NCBI RefSeq assembly: GCF_018977255.1
Contig: NW_024704742.1
Span: forward strand, 60,886,001 to 60,950,000
DNA: 64,000 bases
Direction: 5' to 3'
From: Callorhinchus milii
Lineage: Eukaryota
Both the position numbers and the translations under genes were made by a program. This document shows positions 13,456 to 25,999 of this stretch, piece after piece. The notes beneath the pieces were generated by a model. It worked only from the letters and a program-made list of their open reading frames with translations. It had not been told where the DNA came from and made no database searches. Each line of letters opens with the position of its first letter. Within the stretch, counting starts at the first letter, position 1.

Positions 13456-16400
13456 CTGTTGAAAGAAACATTGAAAGGTATGACTACATAAATGTGACAA
13501 TACAACACGAGGCGACACACAAGTTGAAATGAATAGCCGTTGAAACAAAATGGTTGGTTCTACGTTTTAGTTAATCACTGATGCAGTTCAGGCCATCAAA
13601 CTCAAAAGTGTACATCTATAAGATCAATAAACTAAGAATAAAGTAGAAGTGATGAACTTGTGAAAGTTTACAATTTTACATCTACTGAAGAGCATCTTTT
13701 TCCTTAAAAATAAAATCAACCCCCCCAAAAAATGCGGTATGTAAGATTTTGAAATCATAACTTTTCAGCATTTTTTCCGCAGTAGGGGTAGTATTGTTTT
13801 AAAATTGGAGGACATAATATTTATGTATATAGTCCATATTAAGGAGAAAGTGCACAATTTATCAGCATAACACTACAAATGCATTGCAAAAGCTACCACC
13901 AGATGACAAGGATATTTTCTACCAAATTACTTAAATAATCTTTGTATTATTAGTACATGCAATATTGGTGCATTTAATCATTTACTAGAAAAAAAGAATA
14001 ATTAAGTTAAGATAATTTGAAATCAGATTTTACCTATGTTGGAGCCATCACTGAAAATAGTTACTGTACTTCTACAAGCTCAGCAGTGACACCAAGAGAC
14101 GCATATAAAGTTCTACAACAACTTGTGAACGTCATCATAATCTTTTCTCTTGAGCTCAATTCTATTGTTCCAATCCAAAATCCATTATTACTCAAGACTG
14201 AAGTTGTCTTGTTTGGTTCTCGCCAGCACTTATATGACCTTAGCTCCAATTCCATCATCCTCACTGGATGCTAAACTCAGGCTGAACCAGGCGTTTCTCA
14301 CCCTTGGTGTTTTATTTGAACCTGAGCTAAGTTCCACATCACTGAAAACGTCTTCTTTTACCTGTGGAACATTACACACTTGCAACCCTACCACTTGCTA
14401 CTAAAACCCTTATTCACGCCTTTGTTACCTTGAAGATAATTGTTACCTTGCTCTCCTTACTGATCTCTTTTAGTTGATCCAGAACTCGGCCTCTAGGGTC
14501 CTCTCCCACACACCCACTACATCTATCCTCACGTTTAGTCAACATTTTTAAATGTACTTTCCTGTACAGTTTTTTTTGAATATGGTAGACATGAATTTTG
14601 CCACTGAAAGCATTAAAAATGACAATGGCCTGTGGAGTTTCTCTTTAACTTAAGACTGTTTTACTTTTAGAATTAAAACTAAGGAATGTAGTACAACAGG
14701 GGTGGGATGAAAGTTGCAAAATGGACTGAAGCTTTCACAAAACTAACACATGACATTATTCCCCATCAGCCATTTAATTACAACTTTAAAATAACCAATT
14801 TAAAAGGCCATAAAAATTGAAAGCCCCCAAAATGCATTTAAACCACAATGTATGCAGCATAAAATACTGCACCTTTGGATTGATGGCTTAATAAGAAATA
14901 AACAATTTACAACAAACTCGTAACATTTTCCCATTGGCGACTTTTCATTTCATCACGAATCCCTCTTCAAAGCGTTTTATTCAAAACGCAAATCTGGGAT
15001 GAACAGGGCATTTGATATTCACTAGTCTCTCTTTTCCTCTATTATTATTATTTATCAGTCACATCCCCAAGCACAACCTACAGTGAAGCAATCACTTTCT
15101 CGTCATACAGGCCCTGAGTTCCTATCTACTGAACATTACCTTTACAAAAGGCTAGATGTCCCATTACGCAAATCAACAATCTGAATAGAGTGAACACTTT
15201 AAGGATAATTCTAAAACTTTGTTTTTGAGAAAATTCAGTTGTAGAAGAATTTTAACAATAGCTTTATTAAATTAACTTCAAATTAATAAAGGACAGATGC
15301 ACATAAGGAGCACATCATCTCACCCCCAGGGAAAGACACCACAGTTTCAACCAGACACTCCCCTGCCCAGCTCAAAAACAAAGTAAGTGAGGGTAGGGTA
15401 AGAAAAGAACCTACTCTGTGATGTGGCACATTAATGCATGAGTCCCTGCAACACCTCACAATGCAGAAAGTTTCCACACGCAAGAGGGGTTGGTGGGAAA
15501 GACTGTCATTGAATTATTGAGGGAGTACATATCTATTCATTAACCTCTCAGTTATAAAGTTGGGCAAATACGTTTCATATCTATAATTCTTTACAGCCAT
15601 GGTAATTACTTACTTTAGGCCATTTCCATCATCAAAGAAGAAATATTTTGACTTCACATCCTTCAGGTTCAACTTCTTCTTCTCTCCTCGAAGAACAATC
15701 TTATCCCAGAGAACAACCTGGTTCAGTGCCTGCATTTACACACAATGGAGATTATGGAAAAACTCAGTTGTGTTACAGAACAGAGATGCTAGCACACTCT
15801 GATTATCAACTTAATTACATAATATTTACCTCAGTTTGTTCATGGTTTAGAATTGTAATAATTTAATCATTTACATGAAATAAATGGAAACAAATGTCAC
15901 CTTTGAGACATTTAAATTATTGTTGTATAAAATTACACAGAATGATACAGCACAAAAACAGCCCAACTATTCTGTGCTGGTGTTTATAAACCACACAAAC
16001 CTCCGCCCTTCCTAATTCTGTCTATTGCCTTCTCCCTCCCTGCATCAAGTATCTTCTTAAAAATGTTGATGCTTTTTGCTTGCACTACAGCTTCCATAAG
16101 TGGGTTCCACGTTCTCACCACTTTCTATCTAAAGTTTCTCCTGAACTCCCTTTTAGATCTGTTATTTTATATTTACGTCTTCTCATTTTGGAATCATCAA
16201 CAAGTGGAAACAGCCTATTAACTTTCACGTTATCCACTGCATTCATAATCGTAAACACCTCTAGCCATTTGAAATGTTACTAATGAGATCATTTTTCATA
16301 ATCACTGTAATAACCTCTGGCATGATTAAAAACTATCCATTGTGAAGTACTAATTATTTTAGTATTTGATGCCATTAGAATCTGTTTTTAAAAAGTTTAA

Positions 16401-19400
16401 ACTGCATTCCGGAGCTTATTGTGGCATTTCAGACTCGGAGAAGACTAGGTGAAATATATTCACTATCCACACTAAATTAGAGCACGATTTTAAGCTGTGC
16501 TGCTGTTTAGCAGTAGTTTTTTTAAGCTGGAAGCTATGTTATAATATTCCACACATTTGATAAATGAAAGAACTAACCCCCCAAAAAGGATTTGGAGAAT
16601 AGTTTTATTCACAAATGTACTATCAGAACATGGATTACCCAACTAAAGCTGATGTTTGAGGCAGAATCAGTAACAGCTTTTAAAGGGTAAATTGGACAAA
16701 TACTTAAATATTTACAAAGGTATGCAGAAAGAGCAGGGAAGTGGGACGGAGTGGGCTAAAGCTCTTTTATAGAGCAAGTGATTAAAAGGTAGCAAGTACA
16801 TGAGTTACCAGTTATATAAACCCAGTGCTGCAATTTGATCGCTGGAAATTCATAGTAATGCTGCAATGGAGTTTCCACATTGCTGCCTGAACTCTGCGCG
16901 GTTTTATAAAATCTGAAGTTAACATACAGGCACACAGAACACAAATCAAGTCTTACTCACCGGAGTAACGTCTTACTCAAAACTGTTTGAAGGTATTCAC
17001 TAAAATTACATTTTTAGTTCCAAAGTAGTTTTGTACGTCTCAGTCCCATCTCTCCATTCCATGTGGCAACAATGCCAAGATAATGCCAAAGCCTTCCTGT
17101 CTTGAGTCACTGGGACACCATTCACCAGTTTTCAGTGTAAATTTCTGTTATCATTTATCATAGCATCTATTGAACCAAACTAACTAGTGAATTCTATTGA
17201 CGACATTAAAAAAAAGTGTTGTGTGTCACAATTTAAATATATACTTACATTGGTTTTGGTTTTATACTCCGCTGATAAATAAAGAAACAACTGTTTGACG
17301 TTCCAGTCAAATATTGGCTCCAAATGTAAAAGCAGTTAAAGATAATAAGAACAAATTTATAAATTACAGCAAAACACTGTGTAATCAATTTTCCCTGACT
17401 AAGGTTCAATGACATTCTGCTAATTTACCAGTACATCTGCACACGTGGCCATTCTTCAGCTTTCACGTCAGGCGTGAGGCTCTTCAACCTTGGAGTGGAC
17501 CACAGCCAACCCCATCCACCATTCATATCATCGCATTTTCCAACATCGGTAACTGGACAGTTATTAGGAGTGAAAACAAGTTACATAAATCACTGTATCA
17601 AATGCAAGGATTATTATATAGTACCTATCATGTCAGGAGGATGTCTCGACTCTCTGACTTCAGTTTTTTTAAAAAAATCAAAGGATATCAGCTGTCAGAT
17701 CAAACGTGATCAATCCCAAGTCACTTCTTTCTCGAGGTCCAGTAAAATCTTCTACATTTTTCCTGCAATAAAAGTTTTACAAACATTTCTGAGTTCTAAT
17801 ACAATATAGTAATAAAAGCATGAGAATTTCTCCCAAGACAGGCTATTGACCTCAAAAGATTTTCAAACCCAGAACCTTCACATCCAAATCTGATGCTCAT
17901 GCAATGGAATGTACACAGATGTGAGGGAGGAATGATTTCTATGGCTTCTCATAGACCTGTGCTAAAGTATTCTGCAAATAATTGATCCTCAGTGTCTCAA
18001 AAACTATTTTTGGATTAAATTTCAGATCAGCTGGAACCAGTCAGACCAACCAGTGAGACTGATCATTAGCTGCTGGAATGACAGTTGTGCCGTTATCAGT
18101 AGATATAATATTCTGCAACCTCGCCAGCAGTGGGCGTAATATTCTACCACCCTCCCAAACATTTAGTACAACTGCATTCCCACAGCATAACATTGAGGCG
18201 GTATACATCTCCACTCATTATGATTAAGTTATTTCAAATGAATCAACTTGAAATCCCACGAGGTAATTCTCTCATGCGTGTGGAGTCCTGTAGCTCAGTG
18301 GTTAGAGCACTCGCTTCGCAAGCAAAAGACCTGGGTTCGATCCATGGCAGAGCAAAATGTTGGGCAAGTTTCCTTACTCCACACACCCCTGTTTTCCTAG
18401 CAGTAAGTAGGAACCCGGTTGTTAAGTCGATTGGCGGTTCACTTTTCTGGGGATAATAACTCCTTCAAAATTTTTTTAAATTGGTCATTTCAACGTACAA
18501 CTGTTTGTGGGACACTGCTGTGCACAATTAGCTCCTGCGTTTCACCCACAAAATATACAATCAATTCACTTTACAGTATATTCTGTGAAACTCTTTGATA
18601 CATCTTGAAGACGTGATAAGGAGTTATATCAAACGCAAGAATTATTAGTAATATTATATGCCACACAACAACAACTTGGATTTATATAGTGCCCTCCACG
18701 CCGGACGGCGTCTCAGAGCCCTTCACAGTAACGGATCCCGGGGCCGAGCCAGGGGGAGGGGGAGGAAGGTGACCAAAGGCTCGGTCGAAAATAAAGGTCA
18801 CTTTCTGTTCACTAGAATACACTAGTATTTTCAATTTGTCTAGGTGGGAAAAAAAATCCAATGCAGAATATCTAAAGATCGAGCACCACCTTCAGTTCTC
18901 AAGGTCAACATCAAGTGTTCCCTTTTCAATTTAAAGGCTTTTGTTCAAATTAAACCAAGGCTGTATGTGCGAAAATGGAAAAAGAACATTTACTGTTCTC
19001 TCAAACCTATATTGAGTGATACTTTTACATTAACTGTAGCCAACACTTCCCCTTACAATAAAACTCCACTATGACCAAAAGGTACCGTCTTCGTGAAATT
19101 TTAAGGGGCACACTTCATGAAATACTGTCGTGCAGTATCATAGTCAGTACCTCCTTAAAGGAGTAAGAAAACAACGTGCAAATTTAAAAATGGAAACAAA
19201 GTAAATGTAGAGATGTGAGGGAGGAATGATTTCTACACAAGGTTCACTCCCATCAGCACAAATTTCTCTAATCATTTCAAGCCCTCTGTGTAATGAATGC
19301 ATTATATTTTAATATTGATACTATGCGGATTAAAAGATTTTAAATTACAAATAAAAACAGAAAAACACTATTTTATTCAGCTTTTCGCCCAAAAGCTTCC

Positions 19401-22400
19401 ACCCACTTCAAACTACCACCAACCAACAATTTACATTTGAATAGCACCTTTCACATCAGAAGTATCATCAAAGCACTTCATACAGTTGACTGGACATTCG
19501 AGCTGGGGGAGGGGAGACAAGAAAGTTTAAGAGATTTTTTTTGGTCAGCTGGGTATCACACTGCATAATCGTATCCAAACCAAACTAAGAATTCCATGCA
19601 TCCCACCTACACATGGAAATCCCAGAGACGGAATGGAATGTGCACTCTCTCCCTGGAGGGACAGATCCTGCTTCTCTAATTCCAGAAAATATTAGGCACA
19701 GGCTGACAAGAGCCAAGGCTTCGAGGCCCCAGAGTATGCATTAATAATAATAATAATCCTTGCATTTGATATAGCGCTTTTCACGTCGGGAGGACGTCCC
19801 AAAGCGCTTCACAGAACACACTGTAAAGTGAATTGATTGTATATTTGTGGGCGAACGCGGCAGCCAATTGCGCACAGCAATGTCCCATAAACAGTCGTAG
19901 ATTGAAAATGACCACTTTATTATTGTTATGTTTTGGAGGGATTATTATTAGACTCTGTGTGGAGTAAGGAAATTTGCCCAAGGTTTCGCCCTCTGCCTGG
20001 AATTGAACTCAGGTCTCTCACTTGCAAAGTGAGTGCTCTAACCACTGAGCCACAGGACTCCACAAGTGGGGTACTGCTGGAGTCTAACCCGCTAGAACCG
20101 CTTAGGGTGCCATTGATATCACTGTCTATCTAGCAAGCTGTCCTATTGCCTGTCCAGCGAGGACCACCCTACCCAGAAGGGCTTTGGCTTGCACTGTTAA
20201 CAGGAGCTGTGTCAGATGATTTCCTGCCGATGAGCCAGGCTGGCTGTGCTGTCATCAGCAGTGCCCTGGAAATCTGTGGACCCGCCTGGCTCAGGAACCG
20301 GACTACCGAGACTGCAAACAGAGGGCTGGCGGCCCATTTCCGACATTGCATTGCCAAGCATGTCACCTTGGAGTAGTTCAGCTCCATGGAGACTCCACTT
20401 ATCTTCCCAGTCTAACGCGAGTGTTAAACGTGGAAAGAGAGGGGCAGAGGGATTCTAGGATAGAGTTCCAAAAAGCAGGAATAGAACAGTTAAAAGGTCG
20501 ACATTCGGCCGCGCTGAAGGAGGTCGCAAAGGAGGGTGGAGTGAGGCTTTAGAGGGATTTGAATGCGAGGATGAGGATCTTGAATTCTATCTGCTGGGGG
20601 ATAGGGAACCAGTGAAGCCAAACAAGGATGGGGTGATAAGCTCATGGATAATAATCAAGCCGGGACACAATGAATGTCTACAAAATACCACAGTAACTAC
20701 AATAAATCCAGTGCAGCACTTTTGAGACATCCTCTCGATGTGAAAGGCACCATATCAAAAGCACAAATTGTGATTTATTAAGGCGTGGATGAATGTAATA
20801 CAGCTAATATTACAATAAAATGCATCCTACCCATCACGTCAACAGTATTGAACACTAATGCTTTGACTTTGAGATTAGGACTAAATGCTGGAAAAGTATG
20901 GAAACTATCTTCCCATAGCTTTCATACTTTTACAGCATTTGCTGCAGCAATTTATAGTATATTTCAATATCCATCTCATAGATTCAGTGTCTTTGAATAA
21001 ATATTAGCAAACAGCTGCAGCCTTTAAATAAGTATTTGGCACATTAAAAGGCAGGTACATTTTTAGATGCTCTGCACATTTGTAATGCCTCGTCATTTAA
21101 ATAGAAACTTCAAAACCCTGCACACAATTATTTCTGGAACAAGACCAGAATTACAGCCTATTGAATATGTTCACCGTCAGCACAGTGTAACAGGCGATCA
21201 TTATCCCAATCATTGAAGTTACAGTGACCTTGCGTGAATGCCCAGCCATACCTTTATGAAGTTTGCAAAGCACAGCCAGATCAAATCGAAAAGCTTATAC
21301 ACAGATAGAAAAAAAATCACTAAATTCCTAAAAAGATTAAACAAGTGTCCCAATTCACCAAAGCTACTGAACCATGTTAAGGTAGTATTGCTCAGTTAGA
21401 ATAATTAGAATAGCAGATAAACTGAACAGGGAAAAACGTAATCATAATTGTAGCCTACATAAAATGCATATTTGCCTAATTTCACCAAATTTCACCACTT
21501 TAAAACAGACATATATCAAATAGCTCAATGAGGTGTCCAATTTACTGGTTGCAAACACAAAGAAAACACAACTTGATTTTGCCTCATTTCAATTGTTCAA
21601 TCTAAGTAGATCAATCTCAATTATACCAATCGTATGACTAGGGAATGCTAACTGACTGTTAAATTAATTAATTAATCCTTGGATTTGACATAGCGCTTTT
21701 CACACCTTCTAGATGTCTCAAAGCGTTTCACAGAATATGCTATAAAGTGAATTGACTGTATATTTGTGGGCGAACGCGGCAGCCAATTGTGCACAGCAGT
21801 GCCCCACAAACAGTCATGGATTGAAAATGAACAATTTATTACTGTTTTGGAGCGATTATTATTATTAGGTGTGTGGAGTAAGGAAACTTGCCCAAGGTTT
21901 TGCCCGGCCTCGAATTGAACTCAGGTGTCTCACTTGCCAGGTGAGTGCTCTAACCACTGAGCGACAGGACTCCACTCAACTGTAAGAAATGTACTGTACA
22001 AAAAAACACTGAGCACCATATTTCAATAAGTGGGTCAGGAGGAAGAAATCCTGCTAACACAGATGTAAAAATACATCTTTCCCACACTATACTTCTGCTT
22101 AATGAACGATGGTATAACAATGCTACAACTAATCATAAAAGCCATTGGGCCGAGCAGTTATTCCACTACACTTAAACATGCTAACCATTCTATAATACAG
22201 TCAAGTGCCCCAAATCACCAAAACACAGACACACATAGCAGAAAACACTGCCACATTCATTTCAAAGGTACAAGGCAAGAGAAGAAATAAATATTCTCTT
22301 TTGGAAGAGAAGTTAACTAGCATGCTTAACAATTTCAATCTACCTCCAAAAAAAATCTGAATTGATTAACCAACTGGCCAACGAGACCCTCATACACGCG

Positions 22401-25366
22401 TTCATAACATCCAGGCTTGATTATGCAAACTGCCTGCTTGTCGTGGAGTGAGAAGCAAATCAAGCTTCCCTTTCCTTTCCTTTAGAGGAAAGGGAAGAGG
22501 TATCTGGAGGGAGGGGGGAAGAGGAGTGTGAACTAAGAAATATTTGCATTTTCACCCCTCTCCAAATGTTCCCTGCAACAAGCATTTTGTCATCCCCTAT
22601 CCTAATCATTTTACTACAATATTGCGTTGCTTCCATCAGTGTAGACTGGACCCATAGTAAGATCATCTACAACTAATGTACGGATAAAAAACAGCTGCCT
22701 CAGTTAGTTGCACTGGACCTGCCGGTGCATATTTACTTATTGCTTTGGAACCCATCCACCAATACAAGTCTACCTTAAAAGACTCTGCAGCCAGCAATAC
22801 CTGCTGCAGCCACAGACCCTGCAGCAAAAAGCCTTTGATGGTCCAGTCCCCCGTGTGCATTCGATTGGATAAACATGTGCTATGTCTTTTTTTTGTTAGA
22901 AGTGCACACAACTTGGAATATGCAATCGGGACAGTCACTCGCCCGGTCCGGAGGCCGAGTGCCGCACTCTCCAGTCGGTGCAGTAACCTCGGTGTCCGGG
23001 GGGGGGTGGGGGGGGGGGGCGGCAGCAGCTGCTCACCGCTCACTGCAGGAGCTGCGGAAACGTGCACTGCATTCATTGGTAGGAACCGAGAAGGCAATGA
23101 AACCGCAGCCGCAGCTTTGGGTGCAAATAAAAACCCGCAACGTGTTCAAACACTAGTCGAAGGCACTGCAAATACGTCGTCCGCCGATGTGTGTCCAATG
23201 GGGGGGGGGGAGAGGTGGTTGGAAATGCACTGCTGCTTATAAAAATAATCCACAGTAAAAGGCTGTTTGTTACCTCGAGGTCACCTCACCATATGGTACC
23301 AGACACACAAACTTCCACAGATTCAATCTGTTCTCTCAACGCAAACCTCTCGGCCGTTTAACACGTAGTCCCCTTTTTTTTTAAATATAAAAAAAATAAA
23401 ACAAGGTATCATTTACAGTGCTGCACTTTTTGTGCAAACGGGGCTTTTTTTTTCTCCCCAAAACAAAATAAAAGGATTTTAAATCAGGAAGTGAAGGGCG
23501 GGAGGTATTTGTCACAGCTGCAGAACAGCTGGAGAAGGGGCTGGGACACGGGGGGGGGGAGGGGGGCATTGAACTGAATGATATTGAATTGATATCTGAC
23601 AATAATGAAATGTGTGCAAACAATGTTTCCCCCCCACCACCACCACCATTCCCCCAATGCCTCTATCCCCGCCCCAAGTCTTTCTCCTCTTTCTATTCCC
23701 CCGTTCTCCCCTCTCCCGATATCACTTTCACCCTCTCTGTATTCCCCCTTTATGTTCATCATGTATGTCTCTTCCCTTCTCTGTCCCCATTCTCCCTCTG
23801 CCCTCTTTATTCCATCTCTCTCCAGCCCCGGATTCCCCCCATCTCTCTCCAGCCCCGGATTCCCCCATCTCTCTCCAGCCCCGGATTCCCCCCATCTCTC
23901 TCAGCCCCGTATTCCCCCCATCTCTCTCCAGCCCCGGATTCCCCCATCTCTCTCCAGCCCCGGATTCCCCCCATCTCTCTCCAGCCCCGGATTCCCCCCA
24001 TCTCTCTCCAGCCCCGGATTCCCCCCATCTCTCTCCAGCCCCGGATTCCCCCCATCTCTCTCCAGCCCCGGATTCCCCCCATCTCTCTCCAGCCCCGGAT
24101 TCCCCCCATCTCTCTCCAGCCCCGGATTCCCCCCATCTCTCTCCAGCCCCGGATTCCCCCATCTCTCTCCAGCCCGGATTCCCCCCATCTCTCTCCAGCC
24201 CCGGATTCCCACCATCTCTCTCTATCCCCGGATTCCCCCCATCTCTCTCCAGCCCCGGATTCCCCCCATCTCTCTCTATCCTTCCTTAGAATCATAGAAT
24301 CCTACTGCACAGAAATGTTTGCTGGGCTACAGGGTAAGAGTGGGGGAGTGGAACGAGTTGCCGCTCTTTCAAAGAGCTGACACAGGCACGATGGATCGAA
24401 TGGCCTCCCTTCTGCAAGCAAGATTCACAATGAGAAGGAGGCCATTCGGACCATTGTGCCCGTGTCAACTCTTTGAAAGAGCAATCCATGTTTTTAACCC
24501 GTAGCCTTGCAACTTTTTTCTTTTCAAGTATCTATCCAATTCCTTTTGAAGGTTATTATTGAATCTGCTTCCAACACCCTTTCAGGCAGTGCATTCCAGA
24601 TTGTAACAACTCACTGTGTGTAAAAAAAATTCTCCTCATCTTCCCTTTGGTTCTTTTGCCAATTACCTTACATCTATGTCCTTTGGTTACTGACCTACCT
24701 GCCAATGGAAACAGTTTCTCCCTATATATTCTATGCAAGCCTCTCATAATTTTGAACACCTCTTATCAAATATCCCCTTAACCTTCTCTGCTCTAAGGAG
24801 AACATTCTCAACTGCTCTAAAGTCACATAACTAAAGTCCCTCATCCCTGGTACCATTCTGGTAAATCCCCGCTGCACCCTCTCCTACAGGCCTGAACATC
24901 CTTTGTAAAGTGTGGTGCACAGAATTGGACACAATACTCCAGCTGAGGCCTAACCAGTGACTTACAGTTTTTATTCCCCATCTATCCCCTCTTATTCCCA
25001 CCCCCACCATCTCTCTCTGGCCCCTTATTCTCCTCATATCTCTCCCTCCCCTTCCCCCATCTCTTGCACCCTCTTATTCTCCCCATCTATTCCCCCTAAA
25101 TCTCTCTTCCCTTCTCTCCTCTCTATCTCTCCTCTCTGTTCCCGCATCTCTCTGTGACCCCTCTGAAACCCTTGTATCTATCTCACCACCACCCACCCCC
25201 CGGGTCTCTCCCCCCCCCCCCCGGGTCTCTCCTTCCGGGTCTCTCCTCCCCCCCCCCCCCCGGGTCTCTCCCCCCCCCCCCCCGGGTCTCCCCCCCCCCC
25301 CCCCCAGGGCCCCCCCCCCCCCGGGTCCCCCCCCCCCCGGGTCTCTCCCCCCCCCCCCAGGGGGTC

Positions 25367-25415
<49 letters not shown>

Positions 25416-25436
25416 CTCCCCCCCCCCCCGGGTCTC

Positions 25437-25470
<34 letters not shown>

Positions 25471-25999
25471 CCTCCCCCCCCCCCCGGGTCTCTCCCCCCC
25501 GGGTGCCCCGGGTCTCTCCCCCCGGGTCTCCCCCCCGGGTGTCCCGGGTCTCCCCCCCTCCCCCCCGGGTCTCTCCCCCCCCGGGTCTCTCCCCCCCCCC
25601 CGGTCCCCCCACCCCCGGTCTCCCCCCCGGGTGTCCCGGGTCTCTCCCCCCCGGGTGTCCCGGGTCTCTCCCCCCCGGGTGTCCCGGGTCTCTCCCCCCG
25701 GGTGTCCCGGGTCTCCCCCCCCGGGTGTCCCGGGTCTCCCCCCCGGGTGTCCCGGGTCTCCCCCCCGGGTCTCCCCCCGGGTGTCCCGGGTCTCTCCCCC
25801 CCGGGTGTCCCGGGTCTCTCCCCCCCGGGTGTCCCGGGTCTCTCCCGGTTACTCACAACATGACTTTTGACACCTGGATGTTGACGGTGACCGCCCGCTG
25901 TTTAAAGGCTGTGGTGAGGAAACAGCCGAGTGTCAGCACCGCCATCACACTCAGCGAGAAGGCGAAGAGCGAGTTGGCGCGGGAGAGCACCGTGTTCAT
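13323..25999 (-). CDS. SPCS3: Signal peptidase complex subunit 3 (SPC22/23); spliced CDS join(25999-25857,17762-17689,17325-17249,15729-15614,13455-13323), 180 aa
   Basis: Exon lengths 143+74+77+116+133 = 543 nt, in frame. Protein [32 protein letters not shown]...[16 protein letters not shown]...[17 protein letters not shown]...[15 protein letters not shown]...[34 protein letters not shown]...YEMTKSY* matches vertebrate SPCS3 along its full length. Kozak context GCCGCCATG. Confidence 0.98.
14150..14530 (+). mobile_element. Old L2 fragment in SPCS3 intron 4
   Basis: [13 protein letters not shown] and [10 protein letters not shown] motifs typical of L2 ORF2. Confidence 0.7.
15614..15729 (-). 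CDS. SPCS3: SPCS3 coding exon 4
   Basis: Acceptor TGCAG; encodes [38 protein letters not shown](K); donor GTAAGT. Confidence 0.97.
17249..17325 (-). CDS. SPCS3: SPCS3 coding exon 3
   Basis: Preceded by TCTTTAAC branch site and AC acceptor; encodes (D)[25 protein letters not shown]; donor GTAAGT. Confidence 0.96.
17326..17688 (-). other. SPCS3: U12-type (minor spliceosome) AT-AC intron, SPCS3 intron 2, 363 nt
   Basis: 5' site ATATCCTTT; branch TCTTTAAC (17342-17335) about 10 nt before the terminal AC; splicing here restores frame and homology. Confidence 0.95.
17689..17762 (-). CDS. SPCS3: SPCS3 coding exon 2
   Basis: Acceptor TTTTATTGCAG; encodes (L)[24 protein letters not shown](D); followed by U12 donor ATATCCTTT. 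Confidence 0.96.
18280..18655 (+). mobile_element. tRNA-derived SINE (DeuSINE/SacSINE1-like body, L2-type tail), long variant
   Basis: Head GTGGAGTCCTGTAGCTCAGTGGTTAGAGC with A and B boxes; body GCTGTGCACAATT...TCAATTCACTTTACAG; (TTA)n-like tail. Confidence 0.9.
19545..20400 (+). repeat. Unclassified dispersed repeat split by a SINE; other copies ~1230-1555 (-), 28130-28345 (-), 35950-36480 (+), 52250-52830 (-), 63650-64000 (-)
   Basis: Shared motifs CAAGAGCCAAGGCTT and TGGGGTACTGCT; the 63650 copy is linked through GCTGTGCTGTCATCAGCAGTGCCCT. Confidence 0.8.
19743..20063 (-). mobile_element. tRNA-derived SINE, young short variant, full length
   Basis: Near-identical to 30203-30523 and 42238-42559; interrupts an older repeat. 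Confidence 0.92.
21668..21975 (-). mobile_element. tRNA-derived SINE, short variant
   Basis: Same head, body and tail as the other copies. Confidence 0.9.
23806..24285. repeat. 27-bp minisatellite (ATCTCTCTCCAGCCCCGGATTCCCCCC)n, about 17 copies, SPCS3 intron 1
   Basis: Directly visible; produces the 9-aa periodic pseudo-ORFs in the track. Confidence 0.95.
24288..24965 (-). mobile_element. CR1-clade LINE 3' fragment(s)
   Basis: [36 protein letters not shown] is the typical CR1 ORF2 C-terminus; ATTCTATG-type tail repeat. Confidence 0.85.
25190..25848. repeat. GC-rich ~24-bp tandem repeat (CCGGGTGTCCCGGGTCTCTCCCCC) degrading into poly-C runs
   Basis: Directly visible; begins about 8 nt inside intron 1 from the exon 1 donor. 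Confidence 0.95.
25857..25999 (-). CDS. SPCS3: SPCS3 coding exon 1 (includes TM segment)
   Basis: [47 protein letters not shown] plus TT, then donor GTGAGT. Confidence 0.97.

Noticed and set aside
22663..23242. Overlapping 144-aa and 165-aa ORFs in SPCS3 intron 1
   Set aside because: GC-rich sequence with homopolymer runs, no recognisable domain and no splice support.
23589..24380. Long overlapping ORFs (up to 263 aa) and a CRISPR-like periodicity
   Set aside because: They come from a 27-bp minisatellite with no unique spacers; the ORFs are open on both strands because the unit lacks stops. The DNA is eukaryotic and intronic.
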